A DNA stretch of 64,000 bases, from assembly GCA_963666565.1 (NCBI GenBank), contig OY762911.1:3648001-3712000 (forward strand). The letters are read 5' to 3'. Source of the stretch: Thermoanaerobaculia bacterium. GTDB lineage: Bacteria; Acidobacteriota; Thermoanaerobaculia; Multivoradales; Multivoraceae. The notes under the pieces were generated by a model, which searched no databases, was not told the DNA's origin, and saw only the letters and a list, made by a program, of their open reading frames with translations. The position numbers were made by a program, and so were the translations under genes. Of the stretch, positions 9,389-19,074 are shown piece after piece (the stretch's first letter is position 1; each line of letters opens with the position of its first letter).

Positions 9389-10495
9389 CTACTCGGCGCC
9401 GGTGCTGGCGCCGCTCAGGGCCTCCGACTCGAGGAGGCGGGCGCCGCGGAGGGTGCCGCCCATCGAGTAGTTGCCTTCGTGGCAGGCGTACTCGTAGACG
9501 AGGCCGTCGGCGGCCTTCCACAGGTACTCGCCGGTCCACGGCGCTTCCCAGACGGTGTCGTCCTCGACGGTGAAGTTGTAGATCACGTTGCCATCGTGCT
9601 GCACGGAGAAGCGCTCGACGACGTGGGTGTTCTCGGAACCGCCGCGGAAGCCGCGTCCGCCGACGCGGAAGTTCGTCGTGTCGACGACGAGGGTGTCGCC
9701 TTCCCACCAGCCGATCGAGTCGCCCAGCCACTTCGTGACCTCGGGACCCGGATGCTCCGAGTTCAGGCGCACGATGCGGGCGTCGTGGATCATCTCGAGC
9801 AGGATCATGACGTGAGTCTCGGTCTGCACGATCCGCTTGTAGTTGTTGTACAGGCTCGGGAACGTCGGCGCGGCGCCGGTGAAGCCGGCGAGGCAGCGCT
9901 CGCTCGTGGGGAGCGACTCGGGGCCGTCGTAGGGGCCGGGGCCGTCGTGCTCGACCCACCAGGCCGTTCCGTCATTCGGACGGATGAGGCCGGCGAGAGC
10001 GGTCCTCATCCGCTGCTGCGCCGCCGCCGTCATGGACGGCATCCGGCCGTTCGGCGGATCGATGATGATCGAGGTCGGGATCTGCCCGTCGACCAAGTAG
10101 GTGTCGGTTCCCCGGTCGATCCAGAACAGGTTGTAGCCGCCGACGTTGCCGGCGCCGAACTCGTTGCCGCCGCCGGCGGTGTGTTCCAGACCGACGACCT
10201 TGGCCCCGCCCTCGGGCGGCGCCTCGCGGTTCGCGTCCGACTGGGCGACCGCGCCTTCCTGGATCAGCCGCTCTTCCTCCGCGATCTCCGCGGCTTCCTC
10301 GGGCGTCAGGTACGCCCGCTCGCCGAGATGCACCGGCCGCTCCAGCGGAGTCAGCGTGGCGGCGTCGTAGGTGCCGGTCAGGTCGGGACGGCCGCTCGCG
10401 GTTCGTGGAATGTCGTCGCTCTGCGCGGCCAGGGCCGGGGCGAAGGCGAGGGCCAGAACGAGAACCGAAGACAGGCTTGCGGTGCGCTTCATCAT
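9389..10495 (-). CDS. Secreted uncharacterised protein (GRPDLTG...YEYACHEGN family)
   Basis: Signal peptide; conserved-looking motifs GRPDLTG, IIDPPNGRMP, ERC, GDSIGWWEGDTLVVDTTNF, YEYACHEGNY. Confidence 0.8.
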   Translation of the reverse strand: MMKRTASLSSVLVLALAFAPALAAQSDDIPRTASGRPDLTGTYDAATLTPLERPVHLGERAYLTPEEAAEIAEEERLIQEGAVAQSDANREAPPEGGAKVVGLEHTAGGGNEFGAGNVGGYNLFWIDRGTDTYLVDGQIPTSIIIDPPNGRMPSMTAAAQQRMRTALAGLIRPNDGTAWWVEHDGPGPYDGPESLPTSERCLAGFTGAAPTFPSLYNNYKRIVQTETHVMILLEMIHDARIVRLNSEHPGPEVTKWLGDSIGWWEGDTLVVDTTNFRVGGRGFRGGSENTHVVERFSVQHDGNVIYNFTVEDDTVWEAPWTGEYLWKAADGLVYEYACHEGNYSMGGTLRGARLLESEALSGASTGAE

Positions 10496-10605
10496 GGGAA
10501 ATCTCCAGTGGATGCAGGGTCGATAGGCCTAGTGTACTCCAGAGAAGCTGGCCGGCGGGCTGTGAGAACGACCCGGCCACACCGGCCCGTGCGAGGGGAG
10601 CTCTG

Positions 10606-11910
10606 CTACGGCGAGGCCCCTTGGTCGGTCGGACTCCTCGCGGCTTCCGCCGCCCGGAGGACCCGCAGGAAGTTGCCGCCCCAGATCTTCGCGATGTCCT
10701 CTTCGCTGTAGCCGCGCTCCAGCAGGCCGACGGTGACGCCCAGTGCCTCGCTCGCGTCCGCGAAGCCCTCGACGCCGCCGCCGTGGTTGAAGTCCGTCCC
10801 GATGCCGACGTGGTCCACGCCGATCCGGTCGACAATGTAGTCGAGGTGGTCGAGCATGGCGTCGACGCTGCCGGGGCCCAGCAGGTCGCCGATCGACTGC
10901 GTGAAAGCGGCCCTGGCCTCGGGATCGTCGATCTCCCAGTAGAGCTCGAAGGGATAGAGGTAGTCCTCGAGGACGCCGGCCGCGCGCCGCGCCTCGCGGA
11001 GCGCCTCGTCCAGAGCGGCATCGTTCGAGTCGTAGAGGTAGCCCCGGAACGGGCAGACGTGAATCACGCCGCCGCCCGCGCCGATGCCGTCGATCTCCTC
11101 GTCGCTCAGGTTGCGGCTGACGTCGGTGAGCCGGCGCACGTTGGAGTGGCTCGCGATGACCGGCGCCGTCGAGACGTCCAGCACCTGCAGGGTGGCGTCC
11201 CGCGACAACTGCGTCACGTCGACGACGCCGCCCAGGGCGTTGATCCGCTCGATGGCCGCGACGCCCGGGTCGGACAGGCCGCCGTGCTCGGCCGCTTCGT
11301 GCGTGCCCTTGGCCGCGTCGAAGACGGGCCGCGACGAGTCGGCGAAGTCGTTGTGCCCCATGTGGGTGAGCGCGAAGACGCGGGCGCCGGCCCGGTGGAA
11401 CTCGTCGAGCGCCGAGACGTCCGTGCCGAGGATCATCGCGTTCTGGAAACCGAGGACAAGAGCCGCCTTGCCCTGCTCGTGGGCGGCGACGATCTCGTCG
11501 GCGGACAGCGCGACCACCGCGTCGTTCGCCGGATCCGCCGCCAGCGCGTGGACGGCCGCCACTTCCGCGTCCGCCCTCGCCCGCGCCGCGGCGTACCCTT
11601 CCGGCGTCCGCGGCCCGGGCCCGACCGCGACCGACATGACGACCGCGTCGACGCCGCCGGCGTGCAGCTTGGCCGGCGCGACCTGCGACAGCCCGTCGTC
11701 GCCGACGTAGGGGGACGGCGCGTCGGTAAGTTCGGCGTCCGCGTGGGCGTCGAGAACGAGTACGCGCTCGTGGATCGCGCGGGCCCGTTCCAGCAGTGCT
11801 TCCGGCGACGCGGCGGCGTCCGACGCGCTCTCGCTCCCGGGACCGCCGCAACCGACGCAGAGCAAGGCCGCGGCGACCGTCAGGGACCGGAACTTCGCGT
11901 TTCCTCTCAT
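10606..11910 (-). CDS. Membrane dipeptidase (M19) family lipoprotein with degenerate metal site, PvdM-like
   Basis: DAHAD, ASHSN, RNLSDE, DHVGIGTDF and KIWGGNFLRV motifs; lipobox-like CVGC; start at ATG 11910. Confidence 0.85.
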   Translation of the reverse strand: MRGNAKFRSLTVAAALLCVGCGGPGSESASDAAASPEALLERARAIHERVLVLDAHADAELTDAPSPYVGDDGLSQVAPAKLHAGGVDAVVMSVAVGPGPRTPEGYAAARARADAEVAAVHALAADPANDAVVALSADEIVAAHEQGKAALVLGFQNAMILGTDVSALDEFHRAGARVFALTHMGHNDFADSSRPVFDAAKGTHEAAEHGGLSDPGVAAIERINALGGVVDVTQLSRDATLQVLDVSTAPVIASHSNVRRLTDVSRNLSDEEIDGIGAGGGVIHVCPFRGYLYDSNDAALDEALREARRAAGVLEDYLYPFELYWEIDDPEARAAFTQSIGDLLGPGSVDAMLDHLDYIVDRIGVDHVGIGTDFNHGGGVEGFADASEALGVTVGLLERGYSEEDIAKIWGGNFLRVLRAAEAARSPTDQGASP

Positions 11911-11936
11911 CTCTTCAGCCCTCCCCGGACCATCCG

Positions 11937-12956
11937 TCACGACGCCACGCGCACGATCCGCGTCCCCACGTTGCCGCCGGCCAGCAGATCGACGAACGCC
12001 TCCGGCGCCCGCTCCAGACCCTCGAAGACGTCCTGCTTCGGCACCAGTCTGCCGGCCTCGACCCACTCGCGCATCCGGGTCCAAGCCTCCGGATAGCGTT
12101 TCGCGTAGTCGAACACGAGGAAGCCCTCCATGCGGACGCGGAAGTTGATCAGGAGGCCCGGGACGCCGAACGGTCCCGGCGACGGCTTGGACGTGTCGTA
12201 CTGGGAGACGACGCCGCAGCAGACGATGCGGCCACCGACCTTCATCCGCCGCAGCGCGCTGCCAAGGACCTCGCCGCCGGTGTTGTCGAAGTAGATGTCG
12301 ATGCGATCGGGCGTCGCCTCGTTGAAGTCGCTCCGGAAGCTCGGGCTCTTGTAGTCGACGGCAGCGTCGAAGCCGAGCTCCTCGGTGAGCAGACGGCACT
12401 TCGCCTCGCCGCCGGCCACGCCGACGACGCGGCAGCCGACGACCTTCGCCATCTGGCCGACAAGGTGGCCTACCGAACCGGCGGCGGCCGAGACGAGGAC
12501 GGTCTGCCCTTCCTTCGGCTCGCCCACGTCGAACAGCCCGAAATACGCCGTCAGCCCGTTCGTGCCGTAGACGCCGAGGTGGTGGGCCGGGTCACCGCCG
12601 CTGTCGCCCTCATCGACGAGACGGACCTTCGCCGCCTCGTGTAACGAGTAGTCCTGCCAACCGGCGGGACAAACGACGAGCGAGCCGACCGGAATCTCAT
12701 CGTCATTGGACGCCTCGACGCGAGCGACCGCGGTGCCGCTCATCACGACGCCCGCACGAGGCGCGCCGGCGTAGCTCGCGCTGCCCTGGAGACCCGCCCG
12801 CTGGCCGGCGCCGATCGTGATCGCGAGCGTGCGGCACAGCACCTCGCCCTCGCCCGGCGCCGGCGCCGGCGCCTCGACGGTCCGCAGCGCGTAGTTGCCG
12901 GGCTCGAGCCGGTCCGTCGGCAGCGAGTCGATGATGATCTGGCGGTTCTCGGTCAT
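11937..12956 (-). CDS. NADP-dependent oxidoreductase (prostaglandin reductase/CurA-like MDR)
   Basis: GLTAYFGL, VSAAAGSVG, YFDNTGG, CGVVSQY and RMEGFLVFDY motifs. Confidence 0.92.
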   Translation of the reverse strand: MTENRQIIIDSLPTDRLEPGNYALRTVEAPAPAPGEGEVLCRTLAITIGAGQRAGLQGSASYAGAPRAGVVMSGTAVARVEASNDDEIPVGSLVVCPAGWQDYSLHEAAKVRLVDEGDSGGDPAHHLGVYGTNGLTAYFGLFDVGEPKEGQTVLVSAAAGSVGHLVGQMAKVVGCRVVGVAGGEAKCRLLTEELGFDAAVDYKSPSFRSDFNEATPDRIDIYFDNTGGEVLGSALRRMKVGGRIVCCGVVSQYDTSKPSPGPFGVPGLLINFRVRMEGFLVFDYAKRYPEAWTRMREWVEAGRLVPKQDVFEGLERAPEAFVDLLAGGNVGTRIVRVAS

Positions 12957-13008
12957 GGCTGGCTCCGGGGATCGTGGGTTTCACCGGCCGCGCGCCGGTC
13001 GCGGCACC

Positions 13009-13608
13009 CTATCCTCCGCCGCCGTCGCCCAACCGCTTCTCGATCCGCAGCAGCGAGTCCCTGATCTCGCCCAGCAGCTTCGCCGATTCCACGCTCGCCT
13101 CGCCCTCCGCGGCCGTGGCGGGCGCCGACGCGGATGACGCTGCCCCAGCCCTCCCGATCCGCTCGCGTTGCGCCAGAACGGCCGCGCGGAACTCCTCGGT
13201 CCCCTCGATGCCGACCAGCTTGATCAGGCTGCCCGGACCGGACTGGCCGGCCGTCTCCACCGACAGACCGCGCAGGCCGAGGTGCCGCATGATCGGCCCG
13301 TGGGACATCGCCAGATCCGTGATCTTGTCCAGCGGAACCGTCTTCTCCTGCCGCACCAAGACGCCCCGCGCGACGTGGAGGTTCTTCTCGGTCAGCACGC
13401 AGCGAACGCGCTCCAAGTAGCGGCCCGTCAGGGCGTGGCCGATGGGAAACCAGAGGATGAGAAGGGGTATCCCGACGATGCTGACGGTCAACACGAACGC
13501 ACCCGTCAGCAACCAGTAGGTGCGCACCCTCGGGTTGAAGGTCGCCTCGCGGAGGATCGGCTCCTCGCCCGTGTGCAGGTCCGGATCGGCCATGGCGCTG
13601 TCGTTCAT
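13009..13608 (-). CDS. Bacterial PH-domain (bPH_2) membrane protein
   Basis: Two TM helices, then RGVLVRQEKTVPLDKITDL..GPIMRHLGL..LSVETAG; AGGGAG RBS before ATG 13608. Confidence 0.82.
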   Translation of the reverse strand: MNDSAMADPDLHTGEEPILREATFNPRVRTYWLLTGAFVLTVSIVGIPLLILWFPIGHALTGRYLERVRCVLTEKNLHVARGVLVRQEKTVPLDKITDLAMSHGPIMRHLGLRGLSVETAGQSGPGSLIKLVGIEGTEEFRAAVLAQRERIGRAGAASSASAPATAAEGEASVESAKLLGEIRDSLLRIEKRLGDGGGG

Positions 13609-13882
13609 GCGCGGCTCCCTGGTCAAGCGGTTCGCCGGTGTGGCGGCGGCGCTCCACATGCGGCGTCCGACCCCGCTGCCCGGCGCCTTCGAGAGTACCT
13701 TGCCTGTCTTTCGGTTCGTCCGGCGAGACGATCGGGCAGAGCCGCGTCTTCCGGATCTCACTGCCAGTGACGCGCTCATTCCGACGTGCCAGTTCGACCA
13801 CGGCATCGGCTCGTTCTCCATGAACCCGGTCACGGTTTCCAGTTCCGCATCGACGCTGATCGACATCTGAGACACGTTACAC

Positions 13883-13911
13883 TCGACAAATACGCCTTTT
13901 TTCGGTACTTT
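13883..13911 (+). promoter_or_regulatory. Sigma70-type promoter, probably giving a leaderless abiEi mRNA
   Basis: TCGACA, 17-nt spacer, TACTTT, ending 6 nt before GTG 13918; no SD sequence. Confidence 0.55.
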
Positions 13912-13917
13912 TCATGA

Positions 13918-14721
13918 GTGAGATCCACGCCAACCCGCCCTCGGGCAGCCGACCTGCTTCGCGACTGGGCCTCCCGCGGTCGCTATCACTTCTCGACAGA
14001 GGAACTCGCCGACGAACTCGGCGTATCGCTGACGGCAGCGAGGTCGGGGCTCAGGCGTCTCAAGAGGAAGAGGCTCGTGGCGACTCCTTACCGAGGCTTT
14101 CACGTCGCTATCCCGCCAGAGCACCAGAGACTCGGCTGTCTGCCCGCCGAGCAGTTCGTGCCTCAACTCATGGGCCGGCTTGGAGTCCCCTACTACGCCG
14201 GGCTCTTGACGTCCGCTCGATACCGCGGCGCCGCACACCAGCAGCCGCAGGTCTTCCAGGTCGTCGTCCCCAGGAACCGGCCGCCGATCCACTGTGGACT
14301 GGTCAAGGTCGCCTTTGTCGCTCGCCGCAACGGAGCGGCGATGCCGACAGAGAGGGTGAACACGCCGCGAGGCTTCCTCCGGATCGCTTCTCCCGAGGCC
14401 ACGGCCTACGACCTCGTCGGCTACCAAGGGCACTGTGGCGGGCTTGAGAACGTTGCCACTGTTCTCTCGGAACTCGGAGAGAGTCTGGATCCGGCAAGAC
14501 TCTCGTCGCTCGGCGAGTTCTCGCCCATTCCCTGGTCCCAGCGGCTCGGTTTCCTCCTCGACCTGGTCGGGCATTCGTCCCGGTCCAGGTCCCTCGCCGA
14601 CTTCGTGGAGAATCGCGCGACGGCAACAGCGGTTCTGGTCCCCGGCGGAAGCAAGGCCTCCGCCAACCGCAATGCACGCTGGAAACTCCTGGTCAACGCC
14701 GACCTGGAACCGGACCTTTGA
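13918..14721 (+). CDS. abiEi: Type IV TA antitoxin, AbiEi family
   Basis: N-terminal wHTH (GRYHFSTEEL), YYAGLLTSA..GAAHQQPQVFQV, SPEATAYDLV, QRLGFLLD, RWKLLVNADLEPDL; overlaps the start of an AbiEii remnant. Confidence 0.88.
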   Translation: MRSTPTRPRAADLLRDWASRGRYHFSTEELADELGVSLTAARSGLRRLKRKRLVATPYRGFHVAIPPEHQRLGCLPAEQFVPQLMGRLGVPYYAGLLTSARYRGAAHQQPQVFQVVVPRNRPPIHCGLVKVAFVARRNGAAMPTERVNTPRGFLRIASPEATAYDLVGYQGHCGGLENVATVLSELGESLDPARLSSLGEFSPIPWSQRLGFLLDLVGHSSRSRSLADFVENRATATAVLVPGGSKASANRNARWKLLVNADLEPDL

Positions 14722-14837
14722 TCCCCGCGGACTTCATCGCCGAATGGCGGGAGCAGGTCCCCTGGGTTCAGGAGTCGCAGGTGGAACAGGATCTGGTCAT
14801 CAGCCGAGCCCCCTGGAAGGGGATCAAGGAAGGCTGA
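14718..14837 (+). pseudogene. abiEii: AbiEii nucleotidyltransferase toxin remnant (internal deletion)
   Basis: TTG overlapping the abiEi stop gives MIPADFIAEWREQVPWVQESQVEQDLVISRA-PWKGIKEG*. QVEQDLVISRA is the AbiEii N-terminal signature; only 39 aa remain. Confidence 0.8.
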
Positions 14838-15008
14838 CGATCACGGCCGCAGCCGTTGAAGAAGCGTCCCGCCATCGGTCCGAGGTCCGAAGCTCAACCC
14901 CGGGAACCAGTGCCTGCACTGGCGACTTGCCCCGCGCCAGATCCCGGCGGGACGATAGGATGCGCCCTTGTCTCCAGGACAGGTTTCAGGAGCGAAGGAG
15001 GAAGGCGG

Positions 15009-18000
15009 ATGAGAGTTCCGGCCGCGCCGGCATTGGTACCGATCGTTCTACTGGTCCTGGCGGCGCTCGTCGCCGGCTGCACGCAGGGCACGGGCGCCGA
15101 AGCCCAGGAAACCCCGAGTGCCGTGCCGCTACGGGCCGTTCAGGACGAGGAAACCGGCTCGATCTCGATCTACCGGGAGGGCGAAGAGGAACCGATCGTC
15201 ACCCAGAACGCCGGCGCGGAGCACCGGCCCTTCCTCCACCCGATCGTCGCTCCGGACGGCAAGGGTCTGGCCACGGAGTACAGCCCGGGCCACCACCCTC
15301 ACCAGACCGGGCTCTACTGGGGCTTCACCCGGGTCAACGGCGAGCCGATGGATGCGGACACGCTCCGCCAGTGGTTCTACCGCCGCGACAAGCCGGAGGA
15401 CATCGCCCGCGCCGTCGGCCGGGACTACTTCCACAACCCCGGCGGCGACTACTGGCGCCGCGAGTCGTCGTCCGTCGTGACCGAGTCCGGGACCGAGGTG
15501 CAGTGGCAAACGGTCTACGGCATGCTGGACGCCGACGGCAAGGCCTTCATGACCGAGACCCAGAACTGGTCCATGCGGGCCGAGGAAGACCGCTTCATCC
15601 TCGATCTCGAGTGGGCCGGCGAGGCGCACACCGAAGTCTCGATCAACGAGATGTCCTACGGCGGCATGTTCCTGCGCATGCCCTGGCACAAGGACATCGC
15701 CGGCGAGGCCGTCAACGCGGCCCGCCAGCGCAACCGGCAGGCCGAAGGCCAGCGCGCGATGTGGGTCGACGTCGGCATGCAGGTCGAGGGCCGCGACGAC
15801 CTGCTTCATGTCGCCATCTTCGACCACCCGATGAACGCCGGCTTCCCGCAGACCTGGCGCGTCGACGGCCAGCTCGGCGTCGGCCCGGCGCGGTCACGGA
15901 TGGGCGACTGGCACATCCCCGAGGGCGCGACCGAGGTCATCCGCCATCGCCTGATCGTCTACACCGGCGAACTGAACGACCTCGAACTGACGGAGGACTG
16001 GGAGGACTACACCGGGGCTGCCGAGGGCTCCTACTCGACGTCGTCGCTATGGGGCATCGCCCAGCGGGAAGCGAAGCAGGAGAAGTTCCTGACCCCGGAA
16101 GAGGCGGTCGATGCGATGACCGTGCGCGAGGGATTCAAGGTGAACGCCTGGGCCTCGGAGCCCATGATCACCCAGCCCATGGCCTTCGCCTGGGACGACC
16201 GCGGCCGCATGTGGATCGCCGAGAACCGCGACTACGAGACCCGCGGCCGCGGTTTCTCCGGCTCGGGCGACAGCCGCATCCTGATTCTCGAGGACACGGA
16301 CCGCGACGGCGCCGCCGACAGCAAGAAGGTCTTCGCGGAGGGCATCCCCTTCCCGGCGGCGCTTGCGGTCGGCTTCGACGGCGTCTTCGTGGGCGCGCCG
16401 CCCCACCTGCTGTTTCTCCCCGACCGCGACGGCGACGACGTCGCCGACATGGACGACGCCGAGATCCTGCTGACCGGCTGGGGCATCCGCGACCGTCACG
16501 AGACGATCAACAGCTTCCACTGGGGGCCCGACGGCTGGCTCTACGGCCTCGAAGGGTTCGCGACGCCCTCCAGGATCCGCAAGCCGGGACCAGACGAGAC
16601 GATCTACGGCCACAACGACCCCTTCCCCGACGACCTGTTCGAGTACGACGGCGTCGACATCAACGGCGGCGTCTGGCGCTACCACCCGACGAAGGACCGC
16701 TTCGAGGTCGTGGCCCACGGCTTCAGCAATCCGTGGGGCATCGACTACGACGCGAAGGGCCAGATCTTCATCACCGCCTGCGTGATCCCCCACCTGTTCC
16801 ACGTGGTCCCCGGCGGCATCTACCACCGGCAGGGCGGCAGCCACTTCAACCCGTACGTCTACGGCGACATCCGCACGATCGTCGACCACCGCCACCGCTC
16901 CGCGCACGGCGGCGCCCGCGTCTACCTCTCGGACGCCTTCCCCGAGGAGCACTACGGCCGGCTCTTCATGGCGAACATCCACGAGCACGCGGTGCTCTCG
17001 GACGAACTCGAACCCAGGGGCTCCGGCTTCGTCGCCCACCACGGCGAGGACTTCCTGCTGGCCAACAACAAGCAGTGGGTCGGCTTCAGCATGGAGATCG
17101 GGCCGGGCGGCGACGTCTACGTCCTCGACTGGCACGACGCGGATATCTGCGGCAACGACGTCCAGCACAAGGAGACCGGACGGATCTTCCGCATCACGCC
17201 CGAGCAGTCCCTGGCGGACGACTGGGAGGGCCGCTACGACGACGTCAAGACGATGTCGAACGACCAACTCGTCGAGCTGCAGCTCTCGAAGAGCGCCTGG
17301 CACGCGCGCCGGGCGCGGGTCGTCCTCCAGGGCCGCGCGGCCAGCGGCGAAGTCGACGCCCCGGTCCACGAGACGCTGCGCGAGATGTTCGCGTCGAACC
17401 CGGACGGCGACCTGCGCCTGCGGGCGATGTGGGCGCTCCACGTCACCGGCGGCTTCACGTCCGGCGAGCTGACGACGGCTCTGGACGACGAGGACCAGCA
17501 CGTCCGGGCCTGGGCGATCCAGCTCCTGACCGAAGACCACGACGCGCCCGCCGCCGCAACGGAGAAGTTCATCGAGCTGGCGGACCGGGACGCTTCGCCG
17601 ATCGTCCGCCTCTACCTCGCGGCGGCCCTCCAGCGCGTCGAGCACGACGTCCGCTGGTCGATCGCCGAGCACCTGGTCATGAAGGGCGACGACGCGGACG
17701 ACCACAACATTCCGAAGATGATCTGGTTCGGCATCGAGCCCCTCGTTCCCGAGGACCCGAAGCGTGCCCTGCGGCTGGCCAGGACCTCGCAGATCCCGAT
17801 GCTCACGGAGAACATCGCGCGCCGCGCGGTGGACGCGGACGAGCTGAAGTTCCTCGTCACCTCGCTCGACGACCGCTCCGAGGCCCGGCCGGCCCTGCTC
17901 CGGGGCATGCTGGCCGGACTCGAAGGTCAGGTCTACGCCGAGCCCCCGGACAACTGGGAACGGGTCCACGGCCGGCTGAAGCGCGACCGCAACGTCGCCG

Positions 18001-18944
18001 ATCTCGCCCTCCAGGTCGAGCAGCAGTTCGGCGGCGTCGAGGTCGCGCGGCAGTTCCTCGCCACGCTCGACGACGAGAGCGCGGCGCCCGAAGATCGGCG
18101 ACGGGCCATCCAGGGCCTGGCCGACCAGCAGCACCAGGCACTCCGCGAGCGGCTTCCGGCCCTGCTGGACGAACCGGAGCTGCGGATCGCCGCGATCCGC
18201 GGCTTCGCCGCGTTCGACGGAGGCTGGGAAATGGGGTTGCTGCTGATGGGGCGCTACGAGACCTTCAACGCAGACGAGAAGCTCGCCGCCGTCCAGACCC
18301 TGTCCTCCCGCCCCATCTACGGCAGGATCCTGATGGGGGCGATCGACAAGGGAGGCGTCCCGCGGCGCGACGTGCCGGCCTACGTCGCCCGTCAGCTCCA
18401 CCGCGTCGTCGGCAGCGGCTTTCTCGAGGTCTGGGGGCCGATCACCCGGGTCTCCAGCGAGAAGGCCGCGGCCATCGCGAAGTACACGACGATCTTGAGC
18501 GACGACGCGATCGCCGCGGCCGACACCGACCGCGGCGAGCAGATGTTCACCGAGCTTTGCGCCGTGTGCCACCAGATGTTCGGCGAGGGCGGCCTCATCG
18601 GTCCCGACCTCACGGGATCCAACCGCACGGAACTCGACTACCTGCTGACGAACATCCTCGACCCGAGCGGCGACATCCAGGACGTCTACCAGACACTGAT
18701 GGTGACCACCCGGGACGGCCGCACCTGGTCCGGCACCGTCGCCACCAAGAGCCCCCGCTCCCTGACCCTGCGCGTCGTCGGCCAGGACGAAGTCGTCATC
18801 GCGCAGTCGGATATCCAGTCGTTCGACTACTTCCCGCTCTCGATGATGCCGGAGGGGCTGCTCGATCCGTACGACGACGACGAGGTGACGGACCTCGTGG
18901 CGTACCTGATGACCGCGCAGGAAGCGAACGAGCAGGGCCCGTAG
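15009..18944 (+). CDS. PVC-type heme-binding CxxCH lipoprotein: PmoA-like/DUF6807 N-domain, beta-propeller dehydrogenase-like domain, HEAT repeats, cytochrome c
   Basis: LVAGC lipobox; RPFLHP..HPHQTGLYW..IFDHPMN; WASEPMI.QPMAFAWDDRGRMW; WGPDGWLY; GFSNPWG; CAVCH..IGPDLTG..NILDPS..SMMPEGL. Confidence 0.88.
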   Translation: MRVPAAPALVPIVLLVLAALVAGCTQGTGAEAQETPSAVPLRAVQDEETGSISIYREGEEEPIVTQNAGAEHRPFLHPIVAPDGKGLATEYSPGHHPHQTGLYWGFTRVNGEPMDADTLRQWFYRRDKPEDIARAVGRDYFHNPGGDYWRRESSSVVTESGTEVQWQTVYGMLDADGKAFMTETQNWSMRAEEDRFILDLEWAGEAHTEVSINEMSYGGMFLRMPWHKDIAGEAVNAARQRNRQAEGQRAMWVDVGMQVEGRDDLLHVAIFDHPMNAGFPQTWRVDGQLGVGPARSRMGDWHIPEGATEVIRHRLIVYTGELNDLELTEDWEDYTGAAEGSYSTSSLWGIAQREAKQEKFLTPEEAVDAMTVREGFKVNAWASEPMITQPMAFAWDDRGRMWIAENRDYETRGRGFSGSGDSRILILEDTDRDGAADSKKVFAEGIPFPAALAVGFDGVFVGAPPHLLFLPDRDGDDVADMDDAEILLTGWGIRDRHETINSFHWGPDGWLYGLEGFATPSRIRKPGPDETIYGHNDPFPDDLFEYDGVDINGGVWRYHPTKDRFEVVAHGFSNPWGIDYDAKGQIFITACVIPHLFHVVPGGIYHRQGGSHFNPYVYGDIRTIVDHRHRSAHGGARVYLSDAFPEEHYGRLFMANIHEHAVLSDELEPRGSGFVAHHGEDFLLANNKQWVGFSMEIGPGGDVYVLDWHDADICGNDVQHKETGRIFRITPEQSLADDWEGRYDDVKTMSNDQLVELQLSKSAWHARRARVVLQGRAASGEVDAPVHETLREMFASNPDGDLRLRAMWALHVTGGFTSGELTTALDDEDQHVRAWAIQLLTEDHDAPAAATEKFIELADRDASPIVRLYLAAALQRVEHDVRWSIAEHLVMKGDDADDHNIPKMIWFGIEPLVPEDPKRALRLARTSQIPMLTENIARRAVDADELKFLVTSLDDRSEARPALLRGMLAGLEGQVYAEPPDNWERVHGRLKRDRNVADLALQVEQQFGGVEVARQFLATLDDESAAPEDRRRAIQGLADQQHQALRERLPALLDEPELRIAAIRGFAAFDGGWEMGLLLMGRYETFNADEKLAAVQTLSSRPIYGRILMGAIDKGGVPRRDVPAYVARQLHRVVGSGFLEVWGPITRVSSEKAAAIAKYTTILSDDAIAAADTDRGEQMFTELCAVCHQMFGEGGLIGPDLTGSNRTELDYLLTNILDPSGDIQDVYQTLMVTTRDGRTWSGTVATKSPRSLTLRVVGQDEVVIAQSDIQSFDYFPLSMMPEGLLDPYDDDEVTDLVAYLMTAQEANEQGP

Positions 18945-19074
18945 TGTTCCGCCTGAGAAAGCCGGATGCAGGCAAGGAGCCCTGGCGCAGTCCGTTGCCT
19001 CCGATGAGGGACCCACGGCCTGGTTCGCGGGCCTCGCGGATGCCGCCGCCCGGGTTGCCAGGAGCGACAGGAAG

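Noticed and set aside
13609-13875. Long N-terminal extension of ORF 13009-13875 (MSQMSISVDAELE...)
   Set aside because: A good RBS sits at ATG 13608. The extension has no recognisable domain and may be a remnant, but I cannot support a call.
15009-16000. 'PmoA' domain as evidence of methane oxidation
   Set aside because: This soluble domain family carries a misleading name; there are no pmoCAB membrane subunits.
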